Source: Phoronis australis
Lineage: Eukaryota; Animalia; Phoronida
Assembly: GCA_002633005.1 (NCBI GenBank)
Contig: NMRA01000449.1
Span: 307,383-371,382, forward strand
Reading direction: 5' to 3'
Length of the DNA stretch: 64,000 bases
Below the pieces are notes generated by a model that was not told the DNA's origin, searched no databases, and was given only the letters and a program-made list of their open reading frames with translations. This document shows positions 37,511 to 50,634 of the stretch, piece by piece; position 1 is the first letter of the stretch, and each line of letters opens with the position of its first letter. A program made the position numbers and the translations under genes.

Positions 37511-37973
37511 CAAGTTCTCTTTCCGCCGCGTTGAAGAAAGACGTTTCTACACAACTGCCAGTCAAAATTATCTCATTCGCTGAACCAGACGAATTTGTGC
37601 TTTTGTCGGAATTGATGTTCTGCTGACTGACTGAAATGATCTTATCTTGAACTTCGAGTTGTTCCCCTCTCGTGTCCCACCACGCCTCCACGTCAGGTGG
37701 CAGTGATTCTCCATTCCGTCCACGGTTAGGTTGCTGGTCCAAATATGAAAAATCTTGTTTGTATTGGCCTTTGTTTTGTTCACGGTTTGACCTGTTGTAC
37801 ATGAAGTATGCAGCCGAGAGTCCAACTGCCGTTGCGCAGACGGCTTTGGTGATTTTGGAATCGGCAATTTTGCTAAGAATATTTTTGTTAACTGTCAGCG
37901 GAATACAGACCTTTCCTGGATTTTGAAATATTGTTAAGCTCCCGAGAACCTCGTCCGTTTGTGTAAGAGACAT
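37511..37973 (-). CDS. Putative first exon with one hydrophobic anchor; may belong to the kinase gene
   Basis: ATG-started 168-codon ORF with AVCATAVGLSAAYFMY followed by basic/polar residues; donor CTT|gtgagt in phase with acceptor tttcag|ATT near 37388. Confidence 0.4.
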
Positions 37974-38427
37974 CTCGCTATTCTTTGGGTCTGTTTATGT
38001 TTATGACGCCATCTCTTGTGACGTCAGTCTTTCTTAATTAGAAGTGTTTTATCTCTGCTCTATTAAGCACAAAATGATTTAAAATTAGTTATTACAAAAA
38101 CTACTAACTAGTTTGTTCTAATGAAGTGGGTTTTGTAAACATTTAAAGCATTAGCATGAAACAAGCTACGTCATGCTTGATTTCAATGGCTGCATCTGCA
38201 GAAAACGTGTAATGGTGTCTGCTGCGTACGCCTGAATTTTGCATGACGTCAGGAGCATAGGTTACATTGTTCGATACGCAAGATGCCAGAATTGTTGTTC
38301 AGAGAATACTTTTATTCATCCACGCCCCGGCTGCCAGTTGCAACCATAGAACTGTAGCTCTGGTGACCAGAGTTCTATCGTTGCAATTAGTGAAAGTATT
38401 TGGCATCAAAGCGATTATGTCCACATA

Positions 38428-38545
38428 AATGTGTATGTATGTATATATGTATGTATATTTGTGTGTGTATGTGTGTTTATGTATGGTCGCGTTATAATTT
38501 TGGTGGGGGTGGTGGTGGTGGTGGGGGTNGGGTGGGCGGTGGTTG
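38428..38545. repeat. (GT/GTAT)n and (GGT)n simple repeats
   Basis: Directly visible. Confidence 0.9.
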
Positions 38546-38850
38546 TTTCGTAGATGCTGTTGCAGTGTTATTGTTCTTGTTATTCTTTTAAGATGTAAAG
38601 CCGCCATGAAGTTGTTATTTATCGTGGAAGTTATTAAAAAGACTGTGTTTACAAGTAGTTCTTAAAATGACAAAAAATAAAACTAATTTCATCAGTCTTA
38701 AGTTTCTATGATTTATTAGTTACCACGGAAACATGAACATTCGTGCAAAATGTTATGTGTTTCCAAGAATTTCTAGGTTATCTTGGTTCGTTTTGAATAA
38801 TAGCGATAAACTGTTACCGCATTTTATTATGTATAAAGCAAGTATTGATT

Positions 38851-40677
38851 TTACCCATTGGGCGTTCCTGGAGCAAAGTGACTAGCAAAGAAGAGTCGCC
38901 CATTTTTTGTGATAAGATGTCTACGAAATATAAAATTCCACCACTTTCTAGGTAAAATAACCCGAAGGCGATTTTGAACGACTAAACTCAAGTCCAAACT
39001 ATGCATGAAACAGATTAAATCCTTGCGACTTTCAATCACAGATATTACCCCGCACATTTTTGCTATCATGTAATTCAACATAGCCACAGGCACAGTAAAT
39101 ACCAGCAAAATATGAGCTACAATTACCACGGGCTTAACTGAAGTTGGGGAGTTCTGCAGGTTTGTGCTCAGATCGACCATGTTGAGCATAATGAGAAATG
39201 TGCTGTAGAAGGTAGACGGTAAGTCGCTGAAGTCCGTGCTTGACAGGTTACGACCCATGAAAATCCACAGTATATAAGTGAAAGTCAAAAGGACGAACCA
39301 TGCCAACAAAGTATCTGTGAGCATTCGTTTTATAACGAACGTAAATATTATAACTAAGAAGCCATAAAATGGTACAAACACCACACAGTAAGCAGTGAAC
39401 CCGAAAACATTTGTAAACGCTGATATAAAAGCCACAAAAGGCAGAACATCGCATAACACATGATTGAGGGAAAATATGCCAATCGTTGCTGCAAAACACC
39501 ATACATGGATAGTGTCGAGCACGCGCAGCAATGACGCTTCGGTCGTGTGGTTTTCAAGAAACGAATAGCGAGTAAGTTTGTTACTGAAATTCTTAATCCA
39601 CGCAATGATCAAGTTTCCGTCAAAAACGATAGACGTGGAACACCGTACAACGAGGAATACCACTGCAATGCAGTTAAGGTATTTTTCAAGTGGTGAAAAC
39701 TGAATTGTCTGAAATATCGTAGAACAAGAATTCAATGAGACTACGTTTGAATTCGTGTTACCATTTACAAAAGTTTTTGGGAACTTGGAAAAGACATTGT
39801 TCAATACTGTTCCATAGAATATGGTCACAAAAGCACAATATATTGTAGAACACGCTGCCAGCGTCCAACGGAAATATTTCGTTTGTTCAATCAAAACATA
39901 GGCCCAACTCAACAGGACTGAAAAGTTTTCTTTCTTGACAGATGGTAAGTGTGAGAACTTTAGGTACACCAGAAATTCAAGAGGTGAAGGAGGTTTTGTC
40001 TTTCTCGTGAAATCTACGTACTCGGTGATGTCGTAAATGTATTCTCTTGTCAAATGATTTTTCGGACTAACTGGGTGCCTGTACACACCATCGGTGTTCA
40101 TTATATGATCTACAAATAGCCAACAACGTAACCGCGTTGCAAGCTCTAAAGGGTTAAAACAGCCGAGTTCACATCGCGCCCAAACTAATCTTTTAAGCAC
40201 CGATATTCCAGTGGGCGATGTTAAAACGTTTTTAATGTTTTCAAAGACACAACACAAACTAGGCTCATTATCCGGAGACGCGAAAGCTAACAGAACAAGC
40301 ATATGCACAAGATTGTAGCCACATTCGTCCACCACCAAAACATCTGCGCCATTCTCGAGGAGAAGTGAAACCGCATCACTGTTGTTAGACATAACTGCCC
40401 ACGTCAAAGGATAGCAAACTTGTGCCGGAAAGATGCTCTCTATTAAAGATATCTCCGGTGAAAATGCGAAACAGTTCTTCGTGTCTGTGGCTTTGCCAGT
40501 GAAAGCCTGGTTTATAAGACACGATTTTGCAGTGTCAGGCAGGTCTCTGAGAATACTTTTAAGTCCCAAAAGATTTCCATCTCGAAGATATTCTTGCCAT
40601 TTTGTTAGCTGATCCGTGTCTTCAAAACTTTTCCTTGTTCTCAACTGTCCCTCGCTGATGCCTATGCCAATGCTCAT
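38851..40677 (-). CDS. Intronless TRPV-like channel (ankyrin repeats plus six TM segments), 608 aa
   Basis: Ankyrin motifs (PLTWAV..AVSLLLENGADV; GYNLVH; NPLELA), GVYR..YDITEY..SPLEFL linker, six hydrophobic segments, pore-like FYSTFLIMLNMVD and S6-like MLNYMIAKM. Confidence 0.85.
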   Translation of the reverse strand: MSIGIGISEGQLRTRKSFEDTDQLTKWQEYLRDGNLLGLKSILRDLPDTAKSCLINQAFTGKATDTKNCFAFSPEISLIESIFPAQVCYPLTWAVMSNNSDAVSLLLENGADVLVVDECGYNLVHMLVLLAFASPDNEPSLCCVFENIKNVLTSPTGISVLKRLVWARCELGCFNPLELATRLRCWLFVDHIMNTDGVYRHPVSPKNHLTREYIYDITEYVDFTRKTKPPSPLEFLVYLKFSHLPSVKKENFSVLLSWAYVLIEQTKYFRWTLAACSTIYCAFVTIFYGTVLNNVFSKFPKTFVNGNTNSNVVSLNSCSTIFQTIQFSPLEKYLNCIAVVFLVVRCSTSIVFDGNLIIAWIKNFSNKLTRYSFLENHTTEASLLRVLDTIHVWCFAATIGIFSLNHVLCDVLPFVAFISAFTNVFGFTAYCVVFVPFYGFLVIIFTFVIKRMLTDTLLAWFVLLTFTYILWIFMGRNLSSTDFSDLPSTFYSTFLIMLNMVDLSTNLQNSPTSVKPVVIVAHILLVFTVPVAMLNYMIAKMCGVISVIESRKDLICFMHSLDLSLVVQNRLRVILPRKWWNFIFRRHLITKNGRLFFASHFAPGTPNG

Positions 40678-41454
40678 TTTCTCTTTTTTGCTTGAGACAT
40701 GTGTGGATAATCCGCGAACTATCTAAAAACTCCACTTTTGGATTGCACACGTCTCAATGCATCATCGAACATAGTGGGATGTGTAAGATAAGTCAGTCGA
40801 ACTGTTCTCCTGTTGACTGTCACACAAATTTCTCGCGTTCAAATTTAGCGATACAGAACTCCCACCGCCAGGCAAATTACAATTTTAAGACCTGCAAACC
40901 TCAGCAAGCTGAAACCTACCCAGAGTGTGGGCCACCAGTTTACGCACTTTTACCTATATCGTTCCAAACAAAGATAAACGAAAGCGGCAGGAAACAATTT
41001 CACTGTTAAATAAAAATGCATTAACACTGGCACAGTCAATATCTTTACTATTTACAAACTGAGGAGGATAACATGGACATTGTTTGAGATGAAGATTCGA
41101 AGGAAAACGACTGGAATTAATGTTAATCTTATGTAGGACCCTCCAAAAATGACTAAATTTGGTTAACTTCGAAACGTCAAATCTCAAAAATGAATGACCG
41201 GATTCATATCAAACCTTAAGCAATTTTCTCCAAACAGTTGTTAAGAACTGTTTTCAGAATATTCCATTTCGCATGAGGGGTTCTCAAAAAATGGATTTTT
41301 TTATTTTTATGAAAAAATCAAAAGTTGAATAAAACGAAATGATAACTGCAACATCGTTTTTGGGATTACAGCTTGAAAATTTATCATCAAATAAAAATTG
41401 GTCTTGTTGTTGATACCGTTCTTTTGCTATGGGTGTCGAACATCCATTTTGATA

Positions 41455-41787
41455 AATTATACTAAGTATACGTGGCCGCCTGACCTAACTAATAAGAGAT
41501 TACTAAATGTCAAACATGGCTTTCTACTTTCAGAGACTATATACTTTTACTGAGCTTAAATGTATGTTTTTTAGATATTTGTCTAATTAAAATTCAAAGG
41601 CTAGTCGATAAGGTCCAGCTGGTAATTAATACTAAGAATACATGGTCGCGTGACCGAACTAATAAGCGATTACTAAAAGTCAAACATGGGCTTCCTACTT
41701 TTAGCAAATATATATTTTTACTGAGCTAAAATGTATTGGTTTTGTGTGTGTTTTGCTCAATGCACAGGCTAATCGATAAGGTCCGAC
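41455..41787 (+). repeat. Two diverged tandem copies of a ~170-bp unit
   Basis: atactaag..tgacc.aactaataag.gattactaaa.gtcaaacatgg...tttactgagct.aaatgtat...ggcta.tcgataaggtcc occurs twice. Confidence 0.85.
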
Positions 41788-42818
41788 ACGTTAACGTACT
41801 TTTGCATTCATGAGTAGTTTTCGAAAAATATGCGAAAATGGCAACTGTTGTGTGTGTCGCTGTTTATGGCCAAAATTCTGTACGAGGAAGGGTCTCGTTC
41901 ATTTAAATTTCTTGTTCTTCGTTTCATGATTTTTGCCATAAATTAGAACAGCTGAGAGCCCNCCCCCCCCCCCTCTAGTAGTTGTCGCCTACTGAAATTG
42001 TCGGAAAGTGATGGGCAGTATATTGATCGAGTAATTGGAATTTAAACAACTACAAGCATTACTTTTCATTAACGTCTGTTATCGGCAAGTCGTTAAATAT
42101 GTACGGTTGTCTGTATCCGATACGTTTTCCGTTCTCATGATCACAACTCATGTTGGCCAAGGTAACTTCTAGCTTTGTGAACTCCACTGGCGTCCTACAA
42201 ACAGACCTTAAAATGAACCTCGGAATTCTCTCCTTTGTCCACAGAATTCCTGGACCGGATCCCTCTAGTTCTGTGCTTTGCTTATGGCCCTGTCGTGTAC
42301 GACGTCGCATGCGACTAATTGGGGTTTATTGAATGTGTTCCGACACGACTTTTCTAGCTTAAAAAGTCTTACACGAAGTCATACAAGAGAAATCAGACTT
42401 TGCAAAAACATTAAAATTCCCATCTACACCTAAACACGCACACATACACGCTTTAGTGACAATTGGTCTCCTATTTGATGTATGATACAACATCACAACT
42501 AATGAAGTATGCCACCACTCTTTCTGTGGAGCGTAGCCAATGAGATAAATACCTAGAATCGACATCACGTGGTCCGCTATCTTGCTGATGAATCGTGTTA
42601 GTCAAGATGTGCGCGTACTGTGTAGTATCTACAAGGGCGGCGCACCATAGGGGGCTGGGGGAGGCTATAGCCCCACTTTTTTCAGTGCTGCGCCGCTCAC
42701 GTTCTAGGAACCAATATTGATAACAACACCGGGTTTCAAGTTGAAACTCATAGCTTTAATGTTAGGATCATCAAGTGCAAACTAGGAGTTTTAGAAAATC
42801 ATTTGCATAGTACGTGAG

Positions 42819-43077
42819 CATGCGCGCACCCAGTCTTTAATATGGGGAAGCTCGTATCTCTGACGAAGAGGTCCTTTTGCTAACAAAAAAGCGGGAGGTC
42901 TAAAAAAGCGGGGTACCACCTACAGGTCTGTGAACTGTGCGCCTGCGCCTTTTTAGTGGACTTTTGACTAGTTTCCTAGGACTTTCTGTTTCTATAAGGC
43001 GGACCTTTTTACCTATTTCGCCAAATGGGGGGCTCATTCGAGCCCCTCGAGCCTCCTCCCCACCGGGTGCGCGAATG
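42819..43077. mobile_element. MITE (CATGCGCGCACCC termini)
   Basis: TIRs catgcgcgcaccc ... gggtgcgcgaatg, flanks gtgag/gtgaa; related internal sequence at ~45740-45890 and a related terminus at 11342-11366. Confidence 0.75.
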
Positions 43078-45184
43078 GTGAACAAGAATTAAAGGGTCTT
43101 CACACTTACCTTTAGTTATTCCAGAAAACATCAAAAATAAAGTTTGATTTCCGGTATAACCCAGAATCAGTGATATATTTTTTTGTCTTTCGAGGTTTAA
43201 AAATTGAAACTGAAATAAAATGATATTGTTGGTGAGAATCCGATCGCAGAAACAATATTGTTCAACTTCATTTGGTCCCTAGAACACCGGCAAGTTGATG
43301 TTTCATGGTCTTGACTTGTCCGATATGTCTGGGTTTAGTGACCTTATTCTCTCCAAGATATCTGTTGTTTTCTAGCAACGAAGAAACACAAAAAATGACA
43401 ACAAGAGTAATAGTTGTACATTTTTGCAGAGTGGACACCAATTCGAAGATTTATTAATGTAGCCAGATTATTAGGAATAGGGCAGGATCAAAGGACGGGA
43501 TACCCAAGAATGCTACACCCCGCAATGTTATATTGGGACGGTAGATGCGTTGTTTCTGTAGATTTCAAGCAATGGGACAAATGTTATGCAGCCTGGCAAG
43601 CTCTTAAAATCTGTAATTGTCTTACTTGAGAAAAACCATCATTTTTATTTTTGTTTTGTTTATGGACTTCTGATACTTACAGTGTATTAATGCCTGGGTA
43701 TGTAGGATTGGACAGATAGAGTTTACGACCACTGAGATTTGCCATATTTATTTTGTGGCGAGGTGTTGTCAATATAAATGTACTAGTAACATAATTGTGT
43801 GCCGGCAAATGTCGGATTCAACTGAATTGAGGGATTAAGTTACAATTGGTTGAAATCTGACTTCTGCTGAAGTGGAGTGCATGTACGGTACCAGTACGGT
43901 ACAGTAACTTTGTACTAGCTAGACATTTCCCTTTTACTGCCACGGTTTGATTTTACTGCGTGATAGTGATATCTTGAAATGGTTACAGTATCTCAATGTG
44001 TCGTTTCTGTGCGAGCATTTTTTGTTGTCCTTCTCGTTCTGGATGGCCAATCAGATGGACTCAGTGTGCTTGTTATTGACAGAAAAAATCTGCGATTCCG
44101 CACATCATGGTCGGATAAAATGGGTACATTGATTGCTGTAAAAAATAATATTGGTAAAAATTACTAATGCGGACGCCTTTTTGAAACTCTAGTTCCGCTT
44201 ATATATATGCATTCAGAGAATTTCAATCAACTATGGGGAATTTGTTCCGTGCAAATGCGTACTTCGACCTTCCTGCTTCGGCCGCCAAAGCAGTGGTGTT
44301 CACAGGCACACGCTACTAGAAGATGTATATGTACGTGTCTTAACAACCAGTACAGGGTGTTTTTGGTTTCATTTGTGCATTCTTCTTTCTTACTGAAATA
44401 CTTAATTTTAACATATCAGTTTCTGGAACTCAAATGTTTTTCAAAATTTTGCTCCCAACTTTTATTCAAACTGGCCTATGTCCTCAGTTTCAAATTTGCA
44501 CATGTACACAAACATGTACAGTTCCATTGGTCAATTGTTGCATACAATGACACGACTTTACATGCACGCACACTGCTGTTTGAATGCTGATCGCTTTCCA
44601 TGGGTTTCTATTATTTTTTTCTACTTAATGTTCAAGTGTTTCACACGAACGCCTTCCTCAAATATTTTTGTTAGAATAAATCAAGTGGCATCGGGTCAAG
44701 GAATTTTTAAACCCATTCTAAAAACTTTGGGAATGCAGTGATATAATGGCGCGCCGGAGAGCGGCCCCTTGACAGCTGATCGCCTTGTCGATTTATAAAC
44801 AACTGAAAAGTAGGTACTATACAATTATAACCACGAAAAGGTTAATCACGTCACTGTATAGTACCATTTTCTAAACTATATACATTTCTGTCCCACGGCC
44901 CTAGGAGCACTCCGTGAGAATTTCAGTCAAAGCATAAGGAATTCTGTCTTTGCAATGGCTTATAAGCAATGCGTGGGTCACATGTTTACATTGCTTTATG
45001 TTACCGATATTTTAAAATCTCGTTAGTATTTAAAATTTCAAATTTCATTCTGAAAATTCCCCGGTTTCCATAAGACCACCGGTCTTTTGTTTTCATAGCG
45101 TTCATCATCATTATGGCGGACTGCGTGTCAAGCGCTGTCTGGCTTGCGAGTGTAGTCGTGTCGTCTCTAGGTATTTATCTCATT

Positions 45185-46208
45185 GAGCGTAGCATTGCGT
45201 CCCGGGTTCTATGCGTCCCGGGTTCTATGCGTCCCGGGTTCTATGCGTCCCGGGTTCTATGCGTCCCGGGTTCTATGTGTCCTGGGTTCTATGTGTCCTG
45301 GGTTCTATGCGTCCCGAGTTCTATGCGTCCTGGGTTCTATGTGTCCTGGGTTCTATGTGTCCCGGGTTCTGTATGTCCCGGTCTTTTGCGTTATAGTCCA
45401 GACGTTAAGCGGACGAGTGTGCAAGTTTTAGCTACAATCGCCATTTTAGGTCCACATGACAATTTTGAGATGCTTTTTGGATCCTGGCATGAGGCAAAAT
45501 TTTTTACCTCACTAGTCCTGATTTGCATGCATAATTAGGTCAAAATTTGGCCGAATAAGCTTATCTTAAATTACATATCTTTGGAACCACTTGACAGAAT
45601 CTCAGGATCTTTGGGTCGACTCTTGTTTTCACCAGGGCGCCCAATTAATTTTTGACACTTACGAGGTCATTTAACATGAGAACACCAAGCCTTCAATATT
45701 ATGGGAAGGCTCGAATTCCTGACGTTGTGGACCTTTTGGAAAAAAAGCGGGCGGACCAAAGAAAAAAAACGGGGCACCATTGTGAATTTTGCGTCTTTGC
45801 TTGTTTAGTGGACTTTTGTCTCATTTTCTAGAACTTTTTGTTTCTCAGAGGCGGATCTTTTTGCCCACTTCGCCAAATAGGGGGCTCGTTTCAGATCAGG
45901 ATTACGTGACAGTTTTCTATAAAAAAGATATCTTTAGCCAAAAACGTGCATGCAGCATGTGCACTTTTCATAAGAAATTGCCATACTTGGTTCTAATGAT
46001 GATTTTGAGTTGTTCTTTCAAACCTGATAAAAAGCAAAATTCGATCTCATTAAATCTAGGTAGAAGACATACCCAAACGTTTTTACCCATAACACTACCA
46101 CACGGGGCCACACAGAACCCGGGACACATACAAACCCTAACGATGCACAGAAAACCGGACAAACAGAACCCGGGACACATAGAACCCGGGACACATTTGG
46201 GTAATCCC
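45185..46208. mobile_element. Non-autonomous foldback-like DNA element with inverted subterminal 16-bp minisatellite arrays
   Basis: About 11 copies of cccgggttctatg(c/t)gt at ~45200-45380 and reverse-complement copies (acacatagaacccggg) at ~46110-46196 ending gggtaatccc. Confidence 0.7.
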
Positions 46209-48442
46209 CTCTTTCTGCATTCGATCGCACTTCAGAGATGAATTACTTCTGTTATTTTCTTCATTTTTAAGGAAGTTATTGTTACAACAGTTGAAACGCA
46301 CTCTTGTTCTTGTTTACACTTGTTCAGAATACTGAGTGAGTTAAATTAATTGATTGATTAATGTTATGTAAATTAAAGCCATGTACGCATTACTGCGGCG
46401 CGCCACAAAGGAAATGCAGCTCATGGGAAAGCGGGTTAAGTGTTGATAAAGCCTGTCGTGAGAATGTCGGTGAGATTAAAGGGACATTATCGACGAGAAA
46501 AGTGATTTCCTGATATCAACCTCATGGAGGAATTGAACGAACAGACCACGCGGTAGCATTTTAACACTGTTGGGGGACAGTTTAATGTTGCAAGCCTACT
46601 AATGTACCTCATTTGGTCACTTTAGCATTGACGACATGTTATCTCCGACAAAATTATAACTTGTTCTTTTGCATTTAACCGATGTCATTATCTGTTTCAT
46701 TTTCAATGTAAAACTGCCCATTAGGCAAATGGTACGTTAACAGGATCTACATGCAAGTGGAAGAGAAAGCGCCCATGGTTTGCCCCCAAAGTATCCAACG
46801 AAAGCCTCGGCACATCAGAACCTTGATGGCACCGCCACGGATTGAAGTGAGCTGGACGCTTTCCATGGGCGTGGCTGAACGCGTTTGATGAGATTATTGC
46901 GGCGGTAAAGCAACACACCTCTTTAACATGCGAGTTTCAAAATCTAAAAATGACCAATACGACTGTTTTTAATATTGGAAATATATCGTAGCTGACTTTG
47001 AATTTTTTTAATCATTGCATTAAAAGAGAAATTAACGAATAGGTTTTCTTCAGCATCCCAGCTATAAACCACGAGCATTAATTTGTGAATCGATTAGGGC
47101 GAGTTAGTCACAGTCTGACTAAGGTTCGCTTAGGTTTTGGGGTTACAACCCTTAAACCAGTAACATTCTGCACGTTGAAATGTGCTTAATCAACACGTGG
47201 TTTTGCTTATTTTTATGAGCACTGTCCCAGGTTCTCTTTCACTCCCTTGCATACACTCACTAGTAACGCACAGAAAGGTACTCGTTTAAGAGCCATTTGG
47301 CGCTTCATGCAAAACCTCAAATGTTAGCGTAGGAGTTGTCTCATGCGTTCTGCACCATGTGCTTCAGTTTCAGCAACTTTTCCATGAAGTGTCCTCTAGA
47401 TCATAATTTCTCGCATTTTGAACTCTGTTTGTACGTTCAGATATCTGTAAATTTGATTTTTTTCTGACATGTCATGTAAAGAAGCGCAATGTTTTCTTTG
47501 AAAAATAATGGAAATGAGAAATCTGCCGTGCTCGAGTTGATAGCTGCTTCCACAGGCTACATGTGACTTGTCACCTGTTGGAGACACATGCATGTAGAGG
47601 CCAGCACATTTTACTTCTGTGATTAATCTCACACAAGACCACGCAAAATTACTCGAGTGAAGGGAGTGCAAAATAAGGCAACTACTGACATAATTGTTCG
47701 GTGAGGTTGGATTATCGTGAGTCATCGATTTAACTTTCACACTCTGATTTTGTTGTACATGACCAAACCGAATGCGTAGAAAGATGTTCTGACACGAAGA
47801 TTTAAATAGTCGTATGGCGAAGTCGTACACGAAAATCGAAGAGTTTAGAAAGAAACCCAAATGTCTCACGCGAAGTCGTTTACAAAAAGCACGGAATCTG
47901 TAAACATATGAGTTTTACGTTTTGCGTATTTTCATGTCTTTCCAGGACGTCAACAAAATCCCACGTTTTGGGAGCATACCCAACGAGATAAACGCCTCCA
48001 TGAGTATGTCTATTGCGACGCGGCTTGTGGTAGAGATTTGTGTAGATGGTAGAAGTTATTGCAAAGGTCATCGAGACGAACCAAGCCTATACATGTATCT
48101 TGTGTATTGACTGCTTCAAATACCAAATCGCAGGTTGGTCTACTGTGGTATCAACCAGAATTACTGAATAGTTTCGTGTTTGTGAAGTCTGTAATTCAGT
48201 ATTAATATTGATTGGTAAATGGCTGTTTGCTCAGGTGGTAAATTGTATAGTAGGCGGTGGAGCGAGTAGTTTGGGGGTGCAACCTAGTTTTTTTTCTGTA
48301 GTTGTCGTCGTTAGTGTAATTGTTTCTGGTCGTACATTACAATGCAACATCAGTTACATCATTAGTTTACTTCCATCACCATCACAAATGCCATGATCGC
48401 TGCTATTTTGTTTGAAATTCGGTGTCAAATCTAATTTCGAAG

Positions 48443-48719
48443 CTATTCCTCTTGTGTTTAACTCAAATTATATTTACCCAGTGTTTCAACTTCCAGACTA
48501 TTCCTCTTGTGTTTAATTCAGATTATATTTACCCAGTGTTTCAACTTCCAGACTATTCCTCTTGTGTTTAATTCAAATTATATTTACCCAGTGTTTCAAC
48601 TTCCAGACTATTCCTCTTGTGTTTAATTCAAATTATATTTACCCAGTGTTTCAACTTCCAGACTATTCCTCCTGTGTTTAATTCAAATTATATTTACCCA
48701 GTGTTTCAACTTCCAGACT
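48443..48719 (+). repeat. Minisatellite, 5 x 55 bp
   Basis: ctattcctcttgtgtttaattcaaattatatttacccagtgtttcaacttccaga, near-identical copies with no spacers. Confidence 0.95.
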
Positions 48720-49346
48720 TCTGTGTATTTTTGCGCTATCGCTATAACTGTTCATGTTAAGTGTTTTTAAAATTCCAGCTGTATTGCTGAAAAATTTAAA
48801 TTTCTTTACGTCAAATCTCCTAGCAAATGAATATGGACTTCATATGCCAACATAAATCTAAGCACAAAGTATAATGCTATTTAAATGCTAAATAGTTTTC
48901 ATTAAGATGATTTACAATGATTTTTGTTCTTAAAAACAAAAAGAAAACGTTTTAATGAAAAGATAAAGAGTTTTAAAAATGTGAATTGTCTTAATTTGGA
49001 AAGGTTTTGAAAAGAAATTCACAGGCTTTCACAGCTGAAACATTTCTGAATGAAAGGAGTACGCTGCTGCCACAGTGTCCGTGAACGCCTTGGAGAGCTC
49101 CCGAAGGAGCGCTTCTTCGGAAAATTTCGATAGGCACATTAATTATTGCCGGCATAGCTGTCTTTACATTTTAGAGCAATTATAATTTCCCGATGTTAAT
49201 TTAAAAATTAACTTCGGAATCAGATTGACAAGGTAGATAACTCAGTTATATCCATAACAGATTTATTGTTTTGCGTTTTGATGGCGAGGTGGTTACAGAA
49301 TGAGGACTGAGATGTTTGAGCGATAAAAATGCGATTTCTCTTGCAG

Positions 49347-50634
49347 TCTCTGCGACTACGACCCCAGCTCCCCCAAACAACTGTTCAGGTAAGTGACGGC
49401 GTTGAACAACATACACAGTGCTGTCAGATTTTTTGCTTAAAAAGTCCAAATTAGCAAAGGCAGCTGGAACGCTTGGCATTCAGTTGGCAATGGGAATCGA
49501 GAAATTCAGTGATTGACAGTAAATACATCGTCGCTGATTGCGGGTACAGTGAATGGAACTGCGAAACTCTTCAACAATTGGCCCTTTGTTCTTGTGCTCT
49601 TTTTCATTTATTAGGCTTTTGTTACATGGTTGCTTTCAAAATTCTAGATACCACTGAAGCACAAACCTTAAAGGCATAAAAAACATCAATGGTCTTTACA
49701 TGTAGATGGAACAGTGGGCGAATGTTTCAATACTTTGATATCCAACCCAATGTTGATCCGTTAGCGTCTCGAAGGGTTCTATTCTTCCGTGACCACAATT
49801 CAATGTAACGGCTCTATCTGCGGATGGAACTCCATAAAATATTTGCATCTCCTTTTTTCACGGACTACAGGTCACTTTCGGACGGTTGGAGACACGCAAA
49901 CAATACCGATGACAAAAACAGGTGTGATAATTCTGGCTTCGTACCGGGTTGGTACAGGTTCTAGGTGTAGCAGGAACCCGGATGTGGGAACTAGCGGATG
50001 TGTGCGCCATGTTCCCGAACCCCACGGTACTGTATAGAATATTACGCTGTGTGTTGGTAACCGCTGTTCTGAAAATTTCATCAAAATTTTATTTTAATGC
50101 CAATAGCTTGTTGTCGTCTAATTAGTGTCAGCAAATTTTGAGTAGCCTGGCTACTTTAGTCCAATTAAAGAATATTCCTAAATTTTAGCAAAATTTTAAT
50201 AGGCCGCGATTGCACAACACAGGGAACGTTATTGCTCTTAAAAGTGCCGCCGTCTGACAACTTTTGGCTGGAAATCAATTCATTTACTTATTCAAAATAT
50301 AAATTGTGTTGTGCATAAAATGTAAACACGTGAAGTATGCAAGTTTAATTGAATCTATTGATAAATCATTGATCATCACATTTGTTTCCTTTTCTATTCC
50401 CTGCAAAACGCTGACAAAACTTCAAGTTGTGGAACTAGCGCAAAGATGTACATCAACGGATCACATCCCACTCAAATTAACGTCATTACGTCGGCGGCAG
50501 TTTGCGGAGTTCGCTGAGGGAACATGTGCTACTCATCAGTAGTTATAAATGCCGTCAACTGCAGTCAAGGCTACTTCGTGTACGAACTGCCTAAGGCACC
50601 CGGATGCTACTTCGCCTATTGTGGCATTAAATAA
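49347..50634 (+). pseudogene. Pseudogene of the D8C-domain gene (exons 2-4)
   Basis: Collinear with 59179-60516 including introns; acceptors mutated (cgg, caa), stop and frameshift after GWYRF, TGA in the last exon; ends GYFVYELPKAPGCYFAYCGIK*. Confidence 0.85.

Noticed and set aside
45113-45538. Repetitive Cys/Pro/Gly protein
   Set aside because: Open in all three frames because of a stop-free 16-bp minisatellite.
48443-48719. CRISPR-like repeat array
   Set aside because: Head-to-tail 55-bp units with no unique spacers, eukaryotic context, no cas genes.
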